64,000 bases of DNA. Origin: a virus. Its lineage: Duplodnaviria > Caudoviricetes. The stretch's first letter is position 1. Each line of letters begins with the position of its first letter. Below the pieces are notes generated by a model that saw only the letters and a list, made by a program, of their open reading frames with translations, ran no database searches and had not been told where the DNA came from. Made by a program: the position numbers and the translations under genes. Shown in pieces: positions 38,134 through 48,236 of this stretch. The stretch is taken from positions 1 through 64,000 of the IMG/VR virus record IMGVR_UViG_3300025389_000010, one strand, 5' to 3'.

Positions 38134-39501
38134 TTACATAGATGTTGGTGAATGTGTTGGTCTTGGCGTTCTTGGTGGATAATACGTTGGAGTTCTTTGT
38201 GGTGTTCTGGTTACTCTTGGTGTTTTTGTGTTGGTTATAGTAGCTGTCGGAGTTTGCGTATTTGTAGGTGTTGGTGGTATTGTCGGTGTTACAGTTGGTG
38301 TTTCGGTGTTTGCTGGTGTAGCGGTTGGTGTTGGTGTGTTTGTCGGTGTTTCCGTATTTGATGGTGTATTCGATGGTGTATTCGACGGTGTTGCTGTATT
38401 CGATGGTGTTAAACTGCTTGTCGGTGTATTTGTACTTGTTGATGTAGTTGTTGGTGTAATTGAAGACGTTGGTGTTTGTGATGAAGTAATAGACGGTGTC
38501 GGTGTGTGAGTTGGTGTTCTTGTTGGTGTAGTTGTTTTTCTGGGTGTTTTTGTGTTCGTATTTGAAACCGTAAGATGTGGTGTTCTTGTTGCTGATGGTG
38601 TTGTTGTTGGTGTTGCCGTGTGAGAAGTTTGTGTGAAAGATGCAGTAACAGTTCTTGTTGGAGTTTGAGTTACCTTTGCAGTACGTGTTGGTGTCTTCGT
38701 AGGTGTAACCGTTTTTGTAACTATAGGCGTTCTTGATTGTGTTAAAGTTTGTGTTCTTGTAATAGTATTTGTGGGTGTATTTGTTGGAGTTGTTGTAATT
38801 GTATAAGAAGGTGTAACTGAAGGTGTTGGTGAAGGAACTGGATTTAAATCACCATATGGTATATAAAAATTAATTTCATCTACTTTTTCTTTTGTTAGAT
38901 TTAAACTTATTATACCCAAGTCATTAATATCATTCTTCATCAAGAATGATATATTGAATTTTTTTGTATCTGGATTATATGTAAGTTTTGGATCTTCTTT
39001 ATTGCCGTTAGAATTTGACCAATTACTAACAGTATTAAAATCTAAATTTACATTTTCAGTTATAAGATTTTTAATGTTATTTGTATGTAAATCAACAACA
39101 TTAAAAAATAAAGAAAAGGTTATTTTTGGTTGATTTACACCAACAGTTTCATTAAAACCACAATAATATATTTTGTTTTCAGATTCATCAAACCAATAAT
39201 CTATATTCGTACTTGATAATTGTGTAAAAAAATCAAACTTACTATAAGGTTGAATATTTGAATTTTCATCTAAAAAGTATTTTTCAAAAATATATCCACT
39301 TGTTGTTTGGATATAAAGAGTATCATAAAAAACATCTATTTTTGTTATTTGATTGGAAGATAAATCATAAAAAAAATTAGGTTCTAATTCTTGATATTTT
39401 AAATATATCGAAGATAAAACAAGAGGAGCAGATAAGGTGTTATTATTAGCATCCCTTAACCAAAATTCACCAACATTGTTCTTATCGTTATAATGATCCA
39501 T
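38134..39501 (-). CDS. protein with globular N-domain and about 235-aa C-terminal mucin-like Thr/Pro/Ser tract
   Basis: From [13 protein letters not shown] (about 38840) to the stop the sequence is almost all T/P/S/N repeats. Confidence 0.8.
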   Translation of the reverse strand: MDHYNDKNNVGEFWLRDANNNTLSAPLVLSSIYLKYQELEPNFFYDLSSNQITKIDVFYDTLYIQTTSGYIFEKYFLDENSNIQPYSKFDFFTQLSSTNIDYWFDESENKIYYCGFNETVGVNQPKITFSLFFNVVDLHTNNIKNLITENVNLDFNTVSNWSNSNGNKEDPKLTYNPDTKKFNISFLMKNDINDLGIISLNLTKEKVDEINFYIPYGDLNPVPSPTPSVTPSYTITTTPTNTPTNTITRTQTLTQSRTPIVTKTVTPTKTPTRTAKVTQTPTRTVTASFTQTSHTATPTTTPSATRTPHLTVSNTNTKTPRKTTTPTRTPTHTPTPSITSSQTPTSSITPTTTSTSTNTPTSSLTPSNTATPSNTPSNTPSNTETPTNTPTPTATPANTETPTVTPTIPPTPTNTQTPTATITNTKTPRVTRTPQRTPTYYPPRTPRPTHSPTSM

Positions 39502-39506
39502 TTTAA

Positions 39507-40193
39507 TTAATAATTAACCTTTTTATAATTTACAGTTGTTGCATCTAAATTATTATTCAATTGACTCAAAAATGGCAATTCAAATGAATAATCTCTATTT
39601 AAATCAAAAAGTTTAACGGGTGATGGTATTTTTTTCTTCCAATCAACTAAAGATAAAAAAAGACCAGTTTGGTTACTGGCTAAATTTGTAATTTCAAAAA
39701 CATAAAGCATATGATTTTCAGGGCCAATCATTTTGGTTTTAACCAAATGTATGTCAGAATAAGCACTTTTAATAAGTAGTGGACCTGAATTATCCGCAAC
39801 AAAATTTTCAGGAAATAAATTTAAAAATATAGTGTATATATCTGGATTGTTGATATTTTTATTAGTATAAACAGTTATTTGTATTGTATAATAACATCTA
39901 TATTCATATTTTCCACTTATTTGATTTTTAACAAAATTTTTTTCAGGATCTATTGAAAAAACATGGGTTTGTGGAAAATTTCTTGGATCTCCAACATCAT
40001 TCGATTTAGTATAATTATTACTAGGTTTATATAAAACAGTATTTGTTGTTCCATCACCCCAAGAATATTCTATTTTAAAAATTCTTGAATTCTTATCAAA
40101 ATATGTCGAAGGATCAACAATTATTTTGCACGTTGAATTACCAGCTATATTTTGTATATTGTTATCTAAATAAACTGTTTTGGTAAAAGCCAT
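39507..40193 (-). CDS. hypothetical protein with PKD/Ig-like motif
   Basis: IEYSWGDGT; TAAATA 6 nt before ATG. Confidence 0.65.
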   Translation of the reverse strand: MAFTKTVYLDNNIQNIAGNSTCKIIVDPSTYFDKNSRIFKIEYSWGDGTTNTVLYKPSNNYTKSNDVGDPRNFPQTHVFSIDPEKNFVKNQISGKYEYRCYYTIQITVYTNKNINNPDIYTIFLNLFPENFVADNSGPLLIKSAYSDIHLVKTKMIGPENHMLYVFEITNLASNQTGLFLSLVDWKKKIPSPVKLFDLNRDYSFELPFLSQLNNNLDATTVNYKKVNY

Positions 40194-40238
40194 TAATAAT
40201 ATTTAATGGAAAAGTACAAAAAATATACTATTTTTATA

Positions 40239-42353
40239 TTAATCTATTCTTCTGGCAACTATATAACCACCATAATTTTGTATAGTACCGTTTGTACCTG
40301 CAACATATTTTGTAGTATAAAGATTTAAGTTACCAGCACCAGTTGCGTTCATGATACCTTTAATTGTAACATAAAAATAATTCGATGATGTAATATCGGT
40401 TGTAATACCTATAATGACATTTCTACCGTTAGATGATGTTGTGCTTGTTGTGAAAACCACATATCTATTACTTGCGCTACCATTAGATGGTGAAGTGTTT
40501 GATGTCGGAGCGGATGGAACGGTTGAATAAACACCTTCAAAATCAAATAAATTTGCATTTCCACTAAAAGACAAATACGATTTAAAACCTTCATGTGCTC
40601 CTGTTGATTGTGTATAATTAATAACCATTACAGCATCAATCATATATAATCCACCAGATGTCAATGACGCTGATACAGCTTCATATATGGTAGTTGTGTT
40701 ATTATCCTTATGCGAAGAACCATCGATTAATGATGTGCTATATATAGGCTTATAAGCATAAACAGAATCAGATATAGACCTCGTTAAGATAGATTTATTA
40801 TCAACATAAGTGGAATTCGGTGCCTTTAAATTTCCGTTTAAATCAGATGTTAAAATTTGTTTATTTGCTTGATCAACAAACGCAGTATTGAAGATCAAAT
40901 TGTTTGATGTTTCATCATAATATATATTATATCCTGTGGTATAACCATTTATAGTTCCGGATGACCCATCTCCCTGTTCGCCTATAAACAAAAGAGGATT
41001 ATTAGCATCGTTAGGTTTACCACGTAATAAGTTAATCTGATATGCAGATACTGTTTGTAAAATTGTATTTTCACCTGAACTTAATTGTTTATGCAATGTT
41101 ACGTAATCTGATGATATTGCAATATCAGCTATACTTGAACCTGTTTTTGAAATATTTAAACTGGTATTATATGTTAAATTTTTATCAAGATAAACAGTAT
41201 TGTTGGTACTTATGGCACCAAAAACAGTAAGAGGAGATATCGGAACAATAGTTCCAATTCCAACGTTTCCGTTAGATGATATGAACATGGTATTGGTTGT
41301 TGTACCGTTACTATAAAATGCAAGATTATCTGCACCACCCGCACTACCAACAATTATTCTTCCTGTTTCGTTAATATTGTCATAATCTAATACAATTCCA
41401 TCACCCTTTCCTGAATATGGTCCTGTTGAATAGAAACCATTAGTCGCTTTAATACCGGATGCGGATATATTAGCTGAATAGATACCATTGGTTGCATATA
41501 AATCGTTTGATGCACTTATTGAACCATTAACTGTTAATTCCTTATTGGGTGTTAATGTTTTAACACCAACATATCCCGGTCTTGCTGTGTGTCCATCTAC
41601 GTGCAGAGATATTGTGCTATCATCATAAAAATCAACAATCGATTGATCGCCTGTTTGCGTTACACTCAAAGCAGGTCCGGTTCCAACATTGGTAACAGTA
41701 ACGGCACTTGTTTCCTGAACAAGTGTGTCCAAATATGTCATATTTCCCAATACCGACAAATTGCCCATTATTGTGGTATCTTGAGATACATATAAATTTC
41801 CATTTATATTTGTATCGGCATCAAATATCACATCTCCACCACCACCAGCATAGAGCACCAAAGTTGGGCTATAAAAAACACCACCAGCAGAAAGACCCGT
41901 CATGTTTATACCCGTTAAAGAACTATAACCGCTTAATGCATAATTTTGTGATTTTGAAAGGATTCCAAAATTTTTACCGTTTGCGTTTATTGCGGTTCCT
42001 GCGTTTGATGTTGCTAAAATAGCGGTGTTTGGACTATCTACCGATATACCCGTGTTTGTAGCATATGCTTGTATTGCAACTTTAGGGGATGTTGCGCTTA
42101 ATGCTAAATTATCGGAATAAACCGATATGCCCAATTTATCCGAAATTGCAGATATTGCATTATTTGTGCTATAAAAATAGCCAGCATATGAACTTAAAGG
42201 AGCAACACAACTAAGAGATCCATTTAAAACAAATTCACCCATGAATGGTTGATCCCGACTTGCTATTGGATCATGACCAGCATCTGGATTTGTTGCCCTA
42301 TTATAGGTATGATGATTTGCCCTGTGAAATTTTGAATGAAAACGATTACTCAT
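40239..42353 (-). CDS. putative tail fibre protein, 704 aa
   Basis: Ala/Ser/Gly-rich beta repeats, GNVGIGT, VNGSISAS. Confidence 0.7.
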   Translation of the reverse strand: MSNRFHSKFHRANHHTYNRATNPDAGHDPIASRDQPFMGEFVLNGSLSCVAPLSSYAGYFYSTNNAISAISDKLGISVYSDNLALSATSPKVAIQAYATNTGISVDSPNTAILATSNAGTAINANGKNFGILSKSQNYALSGYSSLTGINMTGLSAGGVFYSPTLVLYAGGGGDVIFDADTNINGNLYVSQDTTIMGNLSVLGNMTYLDTLVQETSAVTVTNVGTGPALSVTQTGDQSIVDFYDDSTISLHVDGHTARPGYVGVKTLTPNKELTVNGSISASNDLYATNGIYSANISASGIKATNGFYSTGPYSGKGDGIVLDYDNINETGRIIVGSAGGADNLAFYSNGTTTNTMFISSNGNVGIGTIVPISPLTVFGAISTNNTVYLDKNLTYNTSLNISKTGSSIADIAISSDYVTLHKQLSSGENTILQTVSAYQINLLRGKPNDANNPLLFIGEQGDGSSGTINGYTTGYNIYYDETSNNLIFNTAFVDQANKQILTSDLNGNLKAPNSTYVDNKSILTRSISDSVYAYKPIYSTSLIDGSSHKDNNTTTIYEAVSASLTSGGLYMIDAVMVINYTQSTGAHEGFKSYLSFSGNANLFDFEGVYSTVPSAPTSNTSPSNGSASNRYVVFTTSTTSSNGRNVIIGITTDITSSNYFYVTIKGIMNATGAGNLNLYTTKYVAGTNGTIQNYGGYIVARRID

Positions 42354-42374
42354 GTTTATTATTAATATTTATAT

Positions 42375-44456
42375 TTATTCTACACAATAAGAAGAAGCCT
42401 GTGCCCAAGTTGTTGTTGGATTTGGTGCATATAAATATACAACATTAGCATCAAGTTCTGCGAATGAAATTGGATTTATACCGCATATTTTAATTATGGG
42501 TTTTACTAAATTATAACAAGCGGTTGCTTTCCATGACCAAGAAAACGATTTAGTACAATCATTTTTTATAGTGTTAACATTTTTTATACTTAAGAAATCA
42601 CGCAGTAAATCCAATGCATTATAAAGTTTAAGGAGTTCTTTATTTAAAACTTCCGGTATATGTAATTCGTTTACACCAACACCCAATGTTTCGTTTTCGA
42701 TATCTGCGTCAAATACAGGTAAATCGTTTTTGGTTACGGGTAAAAGTGTAAAAACAGAAGTTGAACCATTAGCAGTAGGTTCTGTCAATATTCCGAACTT
42801 AAAGTTTATAGTTTCTCTTAAAGTTTTTATATTTTGTGCCACTCTTACAAGAGATCTGTTATAAACAATATCACTTGCAAATTCATCTTCTGATACCATT
42901 AATTGATCAAGAGACCAATATTTATAAGATAAACCTTTTCCTATTCTATATATATTCAATATATCTTGACATCTAAATATGCAATTATTTGAACTTATTA
43001 TAATACCCTTTTGATCAGCTTTTTTGATATTATTATAATTTATTGTTGATCCTTTTGGAATATTAAAAGTATTAATAAAATATCCGAAAGCTGAATATTT
43101 ATACACATTTTTTTCAGTTAAAATGTACATAAAATCACCATTATCATCAAAAATTAATTTTAAAACTAGCGAACCATCTGAAATTTCATTGAGTGTTATT
43201 GTTTCATATAATATATTTGATTGATTATCATATATGTATACTGTATTATTGCCAGCTAATACATATACAAGTGATGTTGTTGGGTGTATATCAAACCCAA
43301 ATATTCCATTTTTTTCCAAATCATCATTAAAATATGTAAAAAGCCAATTTAGTGTTTTATTATATTGTTTTATACATTTATTATTATAATCTAAAACATA
43401 AACATTTTCATTAAAATATCTGATTTCATTTGGTGCATTAAACTTGTTATTATCCTTATAATTTCCAAATCCACCCAAATTAAGATTTAAATTAAGAACT
43501 AAGTTTTCAAAATCAATGTATACGTTATATATCCTATTTGAAACTGAATCACAGATATACATGTTTTGACCACTATCATCAATATCAAAAGCAGTTGGAA
43601 ATTTTATTATATCATTTATTTCTAATCTATTTTTGAAAATTATATCTTGTGGATTTTGTGAATTATTTAGAAATCTAATATTGTTTCCATCTATAATGTA
43701 AAAAATATCATTAATTTGTGTCGCATCTTTAACATTACTAAAAAAAGTAAAACCTGTATTTGTTGCTATTTCCGGTGTTTCAAAGTAAAAATTATTACTA
43801 CTTTTTGTTATCCATTTTATACCTGATGAATGGGAAGGTGAATTATTACCCATCCATCCGAAATATACAGTAGGCGTAGTCGTATCAATTGTTTGTAAAT
43901 TTGAATTTAAATAATCTAAATTATTCTGAAGTCTTTCAATTGCCGTGTTAAAAATATCAGAAACGCCCCATTCATTTGGTTGTATTTTTACTTGATCTAG
44001 CGAATAAGGAAAAGATAAAATAATTTCATTATTTAATCTTATATTATTTTGATCAAAAACGCTCCATTTTGACTTAACATTAATCGGAAAATCTAATAAA
44101 TTAAAAGGATCTGCTGTTTCTTCATTTGTCGTAGACGAAACATACATAGCGGAATATGATATATAATATGTGCCTTCTTGTGAATAATTGTGATATGCAT
44201 TTAAATTTGGATCTATTCTAGCTGTAAAACCATCTCCAAAATCAACATTATAATTCGTAACATTTGTCCCATCGGATTTTTTATATGTTTGAAAAGATAT
44301 AAAAAATGGATTTGGATTCGGATTATTATTATCTGCGGTTAATGTATAATAATTTGATAAAAAAACCTGAACCGGAACACTATCAGTATATGCAGTAAAA
44401 TTTAATGGGTTTGAAACAAATAAGCTCATGGTGATTTTAATGTTACTATTTCCCAA
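42375..44456 (-). CDS. PKD plus NHL/beta-propeller virion protein
   Basis: VDFGDG; FPTAFDIDDSGQNMYICDS, FNAPNEI..VYVLDYNNKCIKQY; true start may be the ATG near 44429. Confidence 0.7.
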   Translation of the reverse strand: MGNSNIKITMSLFVSNPLNFTAYTDSVPVQVFLSNYYTLTADNNNPNPNPFFISFQTYKKSDGTNVTNYNVDFGDGFTARIDPNLNAYHNYSQEGTYYISYSAMYVSSTTNEETADPFNLLDFPINVKSKWSVFDQNNIRLNNEIILSFPYSLDQVKIQPNEWGVSDIFNTAIERLQNNLDYLNSNLQTIDTTTPTVYFGWMGNNSPSHSSGIKWITKSSNNFYFETPEIATNTGFTFFSNVKDATQINDIFYIIDGNNIRFLNNSQNPQDIIFKNRLEINDIIKFPTAFDIDDSGQNMYICDSVSNRIYNVYIDFENLVLNLNLNLGGFGNYKDNNKFNAPNEIRYFNENVYVLDYNNKCIKQYNKTLNWLFTYFNDDLEKNGIFGFDIHPTTSLVYVLAGNNTVYIYDNQSNILYETITLNEISDGSLVLKLIFDDNGDFMYILTEKNVYKYSAFGYFINTFNIPKGSTINYNNIKKADQKGIIISSNNCIFRCQDILNIYRIGKGLSYKYWSLDQLMVSEDEFASDIVYNRSLVRVAQNIKTLRETINFKFGILTEPTANGSTSVFTLLPVTKNDLPVFDADIENETLGVGVNELHIPEVLNKELLKLYNALDLLRDFLSIKNVNTIKNDCTKSFSWSWKATACYNLVKPIIKICGINPISFAELDANVVYLYAPNPTTTWAQASSYCVE

Positions 44457-47400
44457 AGATCCGGATCTTTGGGATATTGTGGTAGATTCTTATAATTATT
44501 AAAAGTGCTTGGTGGTATTTGGATATTTATTACTGGACTAGCGGAAATTGTGAATGAATCTTCACCATTTTCTCCTGTATTTAATAATACGGCAGGATCG
44601 CCAGTTTTTAAAGTAAATGGTGTACCTCTTAAAGCTTTTATATCAAGGTATGAATCTGTAGACCAATACTCATTTGAGAGTGTATATTTAACATAACCAC
44701 TTACGATTTGTACAGGTGTAAAATATTGTGATGGATTTGTCTGTTGATCTACTCTTACTGTAGAATCAATATCCAAATTTATCCTATCTTGTTGTTCTAA
44801 AATAAAGGAAAAATTAAAATCAGGATATGATTTTATAACAGGTGACATTTTAAACAAATTATCACCATCGACGAGATCAACTTGATTTATAGTATATGCA
44901 TAATTGTTAAAATATCCTGTTAAAAGTTTATTTGTAATACCATCAGAATATAGATACATATTACCAACACTTTGTGGAAAATATGTATCGTTAAAGGCGG
45001 ATAAGGTTATGTTAATACCAAGATAAATTGCAGGATCAACTCTATTGTATGTTATGGGTAATAAATCAAAAGCAGATGCAGTTAAGACTGTGTCGCCGGT
45101 ACTATCGTTTTGATAATAATATTTATTAAAAACACCATCGCCGTTTGCAGATAGCCAATAATTATAGCTGTCTGATTTTTTATGCTCATATCCTGATGGA
45201 CAATAGCTTTGTGTATAATTACTTGTTGTCGTAAAAGTAACAAATCCTGTACTATCCCAATAGTATTCTGGATAAATGATAAAATCAAGAGGTCTAAAGA
45301 AAATAAGTGGGTCTATTTTATAGAAAACAGCTGATGTTATAAAATTATGAGGATAAGACCATCCGGGTGCCGTTGCAGAAATTAAACAAAGATTTAAATA
45401 AAACGCAGAAGCCGGTAAATGTGTTAAATCGTATGAATATCCAACATTAAAACCATCTGTGTTTAAATATTGTTTAATAACAGGTGTTGAATTATTGCTA
45501 TCTTTAAGTTCCCAATATATATTATCATAATAATAACCTGTAAAAGTATTTGTTGCTACAAAATCAAAATAAAAATCATAATTACTAGGTCTTGTTATTA
45601 TTGCACTTCCTGTATCTTTAGTATTTGCTATACCATATTGTTGAAATTTATTATAATAAATATCAAAACCATAATTTAAAACAGATATTGCTGGAAAATC
45701 ATCAACATATACATCATATGTGCCTATTATAAATGGATCTTTTATGTTTGTATATGCACTGATAGTAACTTTATTTGTTCTTGGATTCGATTGAACTATA
45801 TCTGGTAATATATTTAAGGATATTGCGCTTAAATTTATTATAGAATCATAAAAACCATACTGATATTCATTACCATTAATATACGTAGCCGTTATAGGTT
45901 GTTGCAAGGGATCTGTTATATCATTATATTGCCATTCCCAAAATACAGGAATATCAACAGGAATATCGTACAAATAATTTTCAAAAGGAACTTGAACCTT
46001 CAAGGTTATTGTTCTTATTTGGTTAAAATTATTTAAGTCAACTATTGGTGTTATGACAAATTTGTTTTCTGTAAAATAATCAAAAAGATAAGGATTTGTT
46101 CCTATGTAATTATATTCACCTGTTTTTGCCGATGATAAATAAACATTTATTTGAGATGGACCATATCCTTTTACATTTACTGTCCAAGAACTAGAATCAA
46201 AATTAACAACAGAATTTGGAGTTATGGTTTGTAATACATTATTGTTACTATCAATTGCATTGATAACGACATTTGATAATAATGCTGGATCAATTGTGCT
46301 TTGCTCTACACCGTTTTTTACTTCGGTAAAATACCAAGAAATATCAGTATTTGTTAAATCTCTATAAGGCCATGCATTATCATTTGTATTTTTTGATGCA
46401 TCTATTACTATAGAATTCGATTGTTCGGACAGTGTGTTTAAAAATAAACCATTTCCTAAAGATTGAGAATCAAAAAAACCTTGCCCTAATGGTATTTCTA
46501 ATAATTCATGAGAATCGGATTGTTGTGTTGTATCAGTCTTGCATCTTAATGTAGTTTTGAGATATAAAGTAACTGATCCTAAATTAACGCTTGGGTAAGA
46601 TATCCATAAATTTCTGGCAAGTATTGCATCTTGCCATGCGCCATATCCTAAATCATAATGTACCCAAGTTCCAGTATCGGATGGATTAAACGGCGAAGGT
46701 GGAATATAATATCCAGCTGAAAGGCTCTTTACGATATTATCAATTCCAACATTCGGTTTTACCCCAACAATCGTATATTTTATATCATCATTTGAACCAC
46801 CATCTTCTAAAGAATATGTTAATATATTATGATCAGAAGCAATATAAGAACTAACCGTAACGCTTGTTGTATCTGAAGATTTGGCTATTATTTTATTTTT
46901 TACATAAAAATTCAAATAAAATTGATCTTGATATGTACCATCAGATGTTTTTTTTAAATCCACTTTATAACTATAAAAATGTGGTGCATTTGGTGTATTA
47001 AATTTTACTATATTATTATTAGTTGATATAACAGTTTGTGGATAAGCGGTAGATGTTGTAACTGATGTTGCAGGATCTCCCAAAGCTGATGATGTTTTTG
47101 TGCCTATATAACTCACACCAATTACAGTGTTTGGTATAAAAGTTATTTTTCCACTTTTAGCATAAAAATTAAAAGTCGTATCATCTAAATCCAAAGTGGA
47201 ACTTAAAATGCAAAACTGTGTATTATTTAGTGTTTGTAATATAGCAGGATCAGTTGAATTTGAATCAATATTCTGTATCAACTGAAATTTTTGAATATTA
47301 TTTATGGAATCAAAACCTAAAATATAATTCGATGCTATTGTTTTTGATAAAATATCTATTGATTCTTGTTCAACAATATGATGACTTGAATTAAAATCAG

Positions 47401-48205
47401 TATAGACTGCGCTATATGTTACATATGTAGAATCTGCAATAATTTTAGGAAAAATATAATCAAGTTTACCAGACGATGTGGTTCCACTAAAAGTATTAAA
47501 ATCTATAGCTGTTTTATTGTTAACAACAATAGTGCGATAAAGATCGAAACTTAAAGTATAAGAATTATTACCTATAAAAGTCAATGCGTCGGCATTACTG
47601 TAAAACACAGGAGGGTTTGATAAAAAAGTTTTATTTAAATTTGCAATATATTGGTTTGGATTATTATCTTCAAATGTTATAAATTGTGTAGATAATAATT
47701 TTACATTAGTACTTAATGACCAATTACCCGTAATAGGATCATGTGTAAACCCAGCAGGATTTAAAAATAAACGAGTTGGATATACAACATAACCAAAACT
47801 ATCATTAGTAGTCGCATCAATTTGTGAATAAGATGCGTTAAATTCTCTTGGTAATTTAAATGTTGTTCTTAACTTCTCAGCATCATATACTATATATGTA
47901 TTATTATAACCATCAGCAACATAAGAAACTTGACTTACTAATTCTATATATTGTGTTGTTGCAGTAGTAGGATATGCTCCATATTGGACAAATCCACCAA
48001 TTCCCAAATTATTATAAGCAACATATGTTTGGAAAGTACTGAAATCAAAAGATTTAATTACATCATTAATATAATTTTTTTGAAATTTTAAAACATTAAC
48101 AGTTGGAAGACCAAAATTTGTATAAACATAGTTATTAGACAATGTTATTGTATAAACATTGTTTGGATAATCAGCTTGACTTGTTAATATAAAAGGAACC
48201 GCCAT
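44426..48205 (-). CDS. large hypothetical structural protein, 1259 aa
   Basis: Intact long ORF in the tail cluster; TAAATA 9 nt upstream. Confidence 0.75.
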   Translation of the reverse strand: MAVPFILTSQADYPNNVYTITLSNNYVYTNFGLPTVNVLKFQKNYINDVIKSFDFSTFQTYVAYNNLGIGGFVQYGAYPTTATTQYIELVSQVSYVADGYNNTYIVYDAEKLRTTFKLPREFNASYSQIDATTNDSFGYVVYPTRLFLNPAGFTHDPITGNWSLSTNVKLLSTQFITFEDNNPNQYIANLNKTFLSNPPVFYSNADALTFIGNNSYTLSFDLYRTIVVNNKTAIDFNTFSGTTSSGKLDYIFPKIIADSTYVTYSAVYTDFNSSHHIVEQESIDILSKTIASNYILGFDSINNIQKFQLIQNIDSNSTDPAILQTLNNTQFCILSSTLDLDDTTFNFYAKSGKITFIPNTVIGVSYIGTKTSSALGDPATSVTTSTAYPQTVISTNNNIVKFNTPNAPHFYSYKVDLKKTSDGTYQDQFYLNFYVKNKIIAKSSDTTSVTVSSYIASDHNILTYSLEDGGSNDDIKYTIVGVKPNVGIDNIVKSLSAGYYIPPSPFNPSDTGTWVHYDLGYGAWQDAILARNLWISYPSVNLGSVTLYLKTTLRCKTDTTQQSDSHELLEIPLGQGFFDSQSLGNGLFLNTLSEQSNSIVIDASKNTNDNAWPYRDLTNTDISWYFTEVKNGVEQSTIDPALLSNVVINAIDSNNNVLQTITPNSVVNFDSSSWTVNVKGYGPSQINVYLSSAKTGEYNYIGTNPYLFDYFTENKFVITPIVDLNNFNQIRTITLKVQVPFENYLYDIPVDIPVFWEWQYNDITDPLQQPITATYINGNEYQYGFYDSIINLSAISLNILPDIVQSNPRTNKVTISAYTNIKDPFIIGTYDVYVDDFPAISVLNYGFDIYYNKFQQYGIANTKDTGSAIITRPSNYDFYFDFVATNTFTGYYYDNIYWELKDSNNSTPVIKQYLNTDGFNVGYSYDLTHLPASAFYLNLCLISATAPGWSYPHNFITSAVFYKIDPLIFFRPLDFIIYPEYYWDSTGFVTFTTTSNYTQSYCPSGYEHKKSDSYNYWLSANGDGVFNKYYYQNDSTGDTVLTASAFDLLPITYNRVDPAIYLGINITLSAFNDTYFPQSVGNMYLYSDGITNKLLTGYFNNYAYTINQVDLVDGDNLFKMSPVIKSYPDFNFSFILEQQDRINLDIDSTVRVDQQTNPSQYFTPVQIVSGYVKYTLSNEYWSTDSYLDIKALRGTPFTLKTGDPAVLLNTGENGEDSFTISASPVINIQIPPSTFNNYKNLPQYPKDPDLWEIVTLKSP

Positions 48206-48236
48206 AAGATTATATATTTATTACATTGTTAAAAAG

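Noticed and set aside
29158-38509. Val/Gly/Cys/Trp-rich plus-strand ORFs (30048..30245, 30119..30316, 38152..38361, 38228..38509)
   Set aside because: Reverse-complement artefacts of the Thr/Pro codon repeats.
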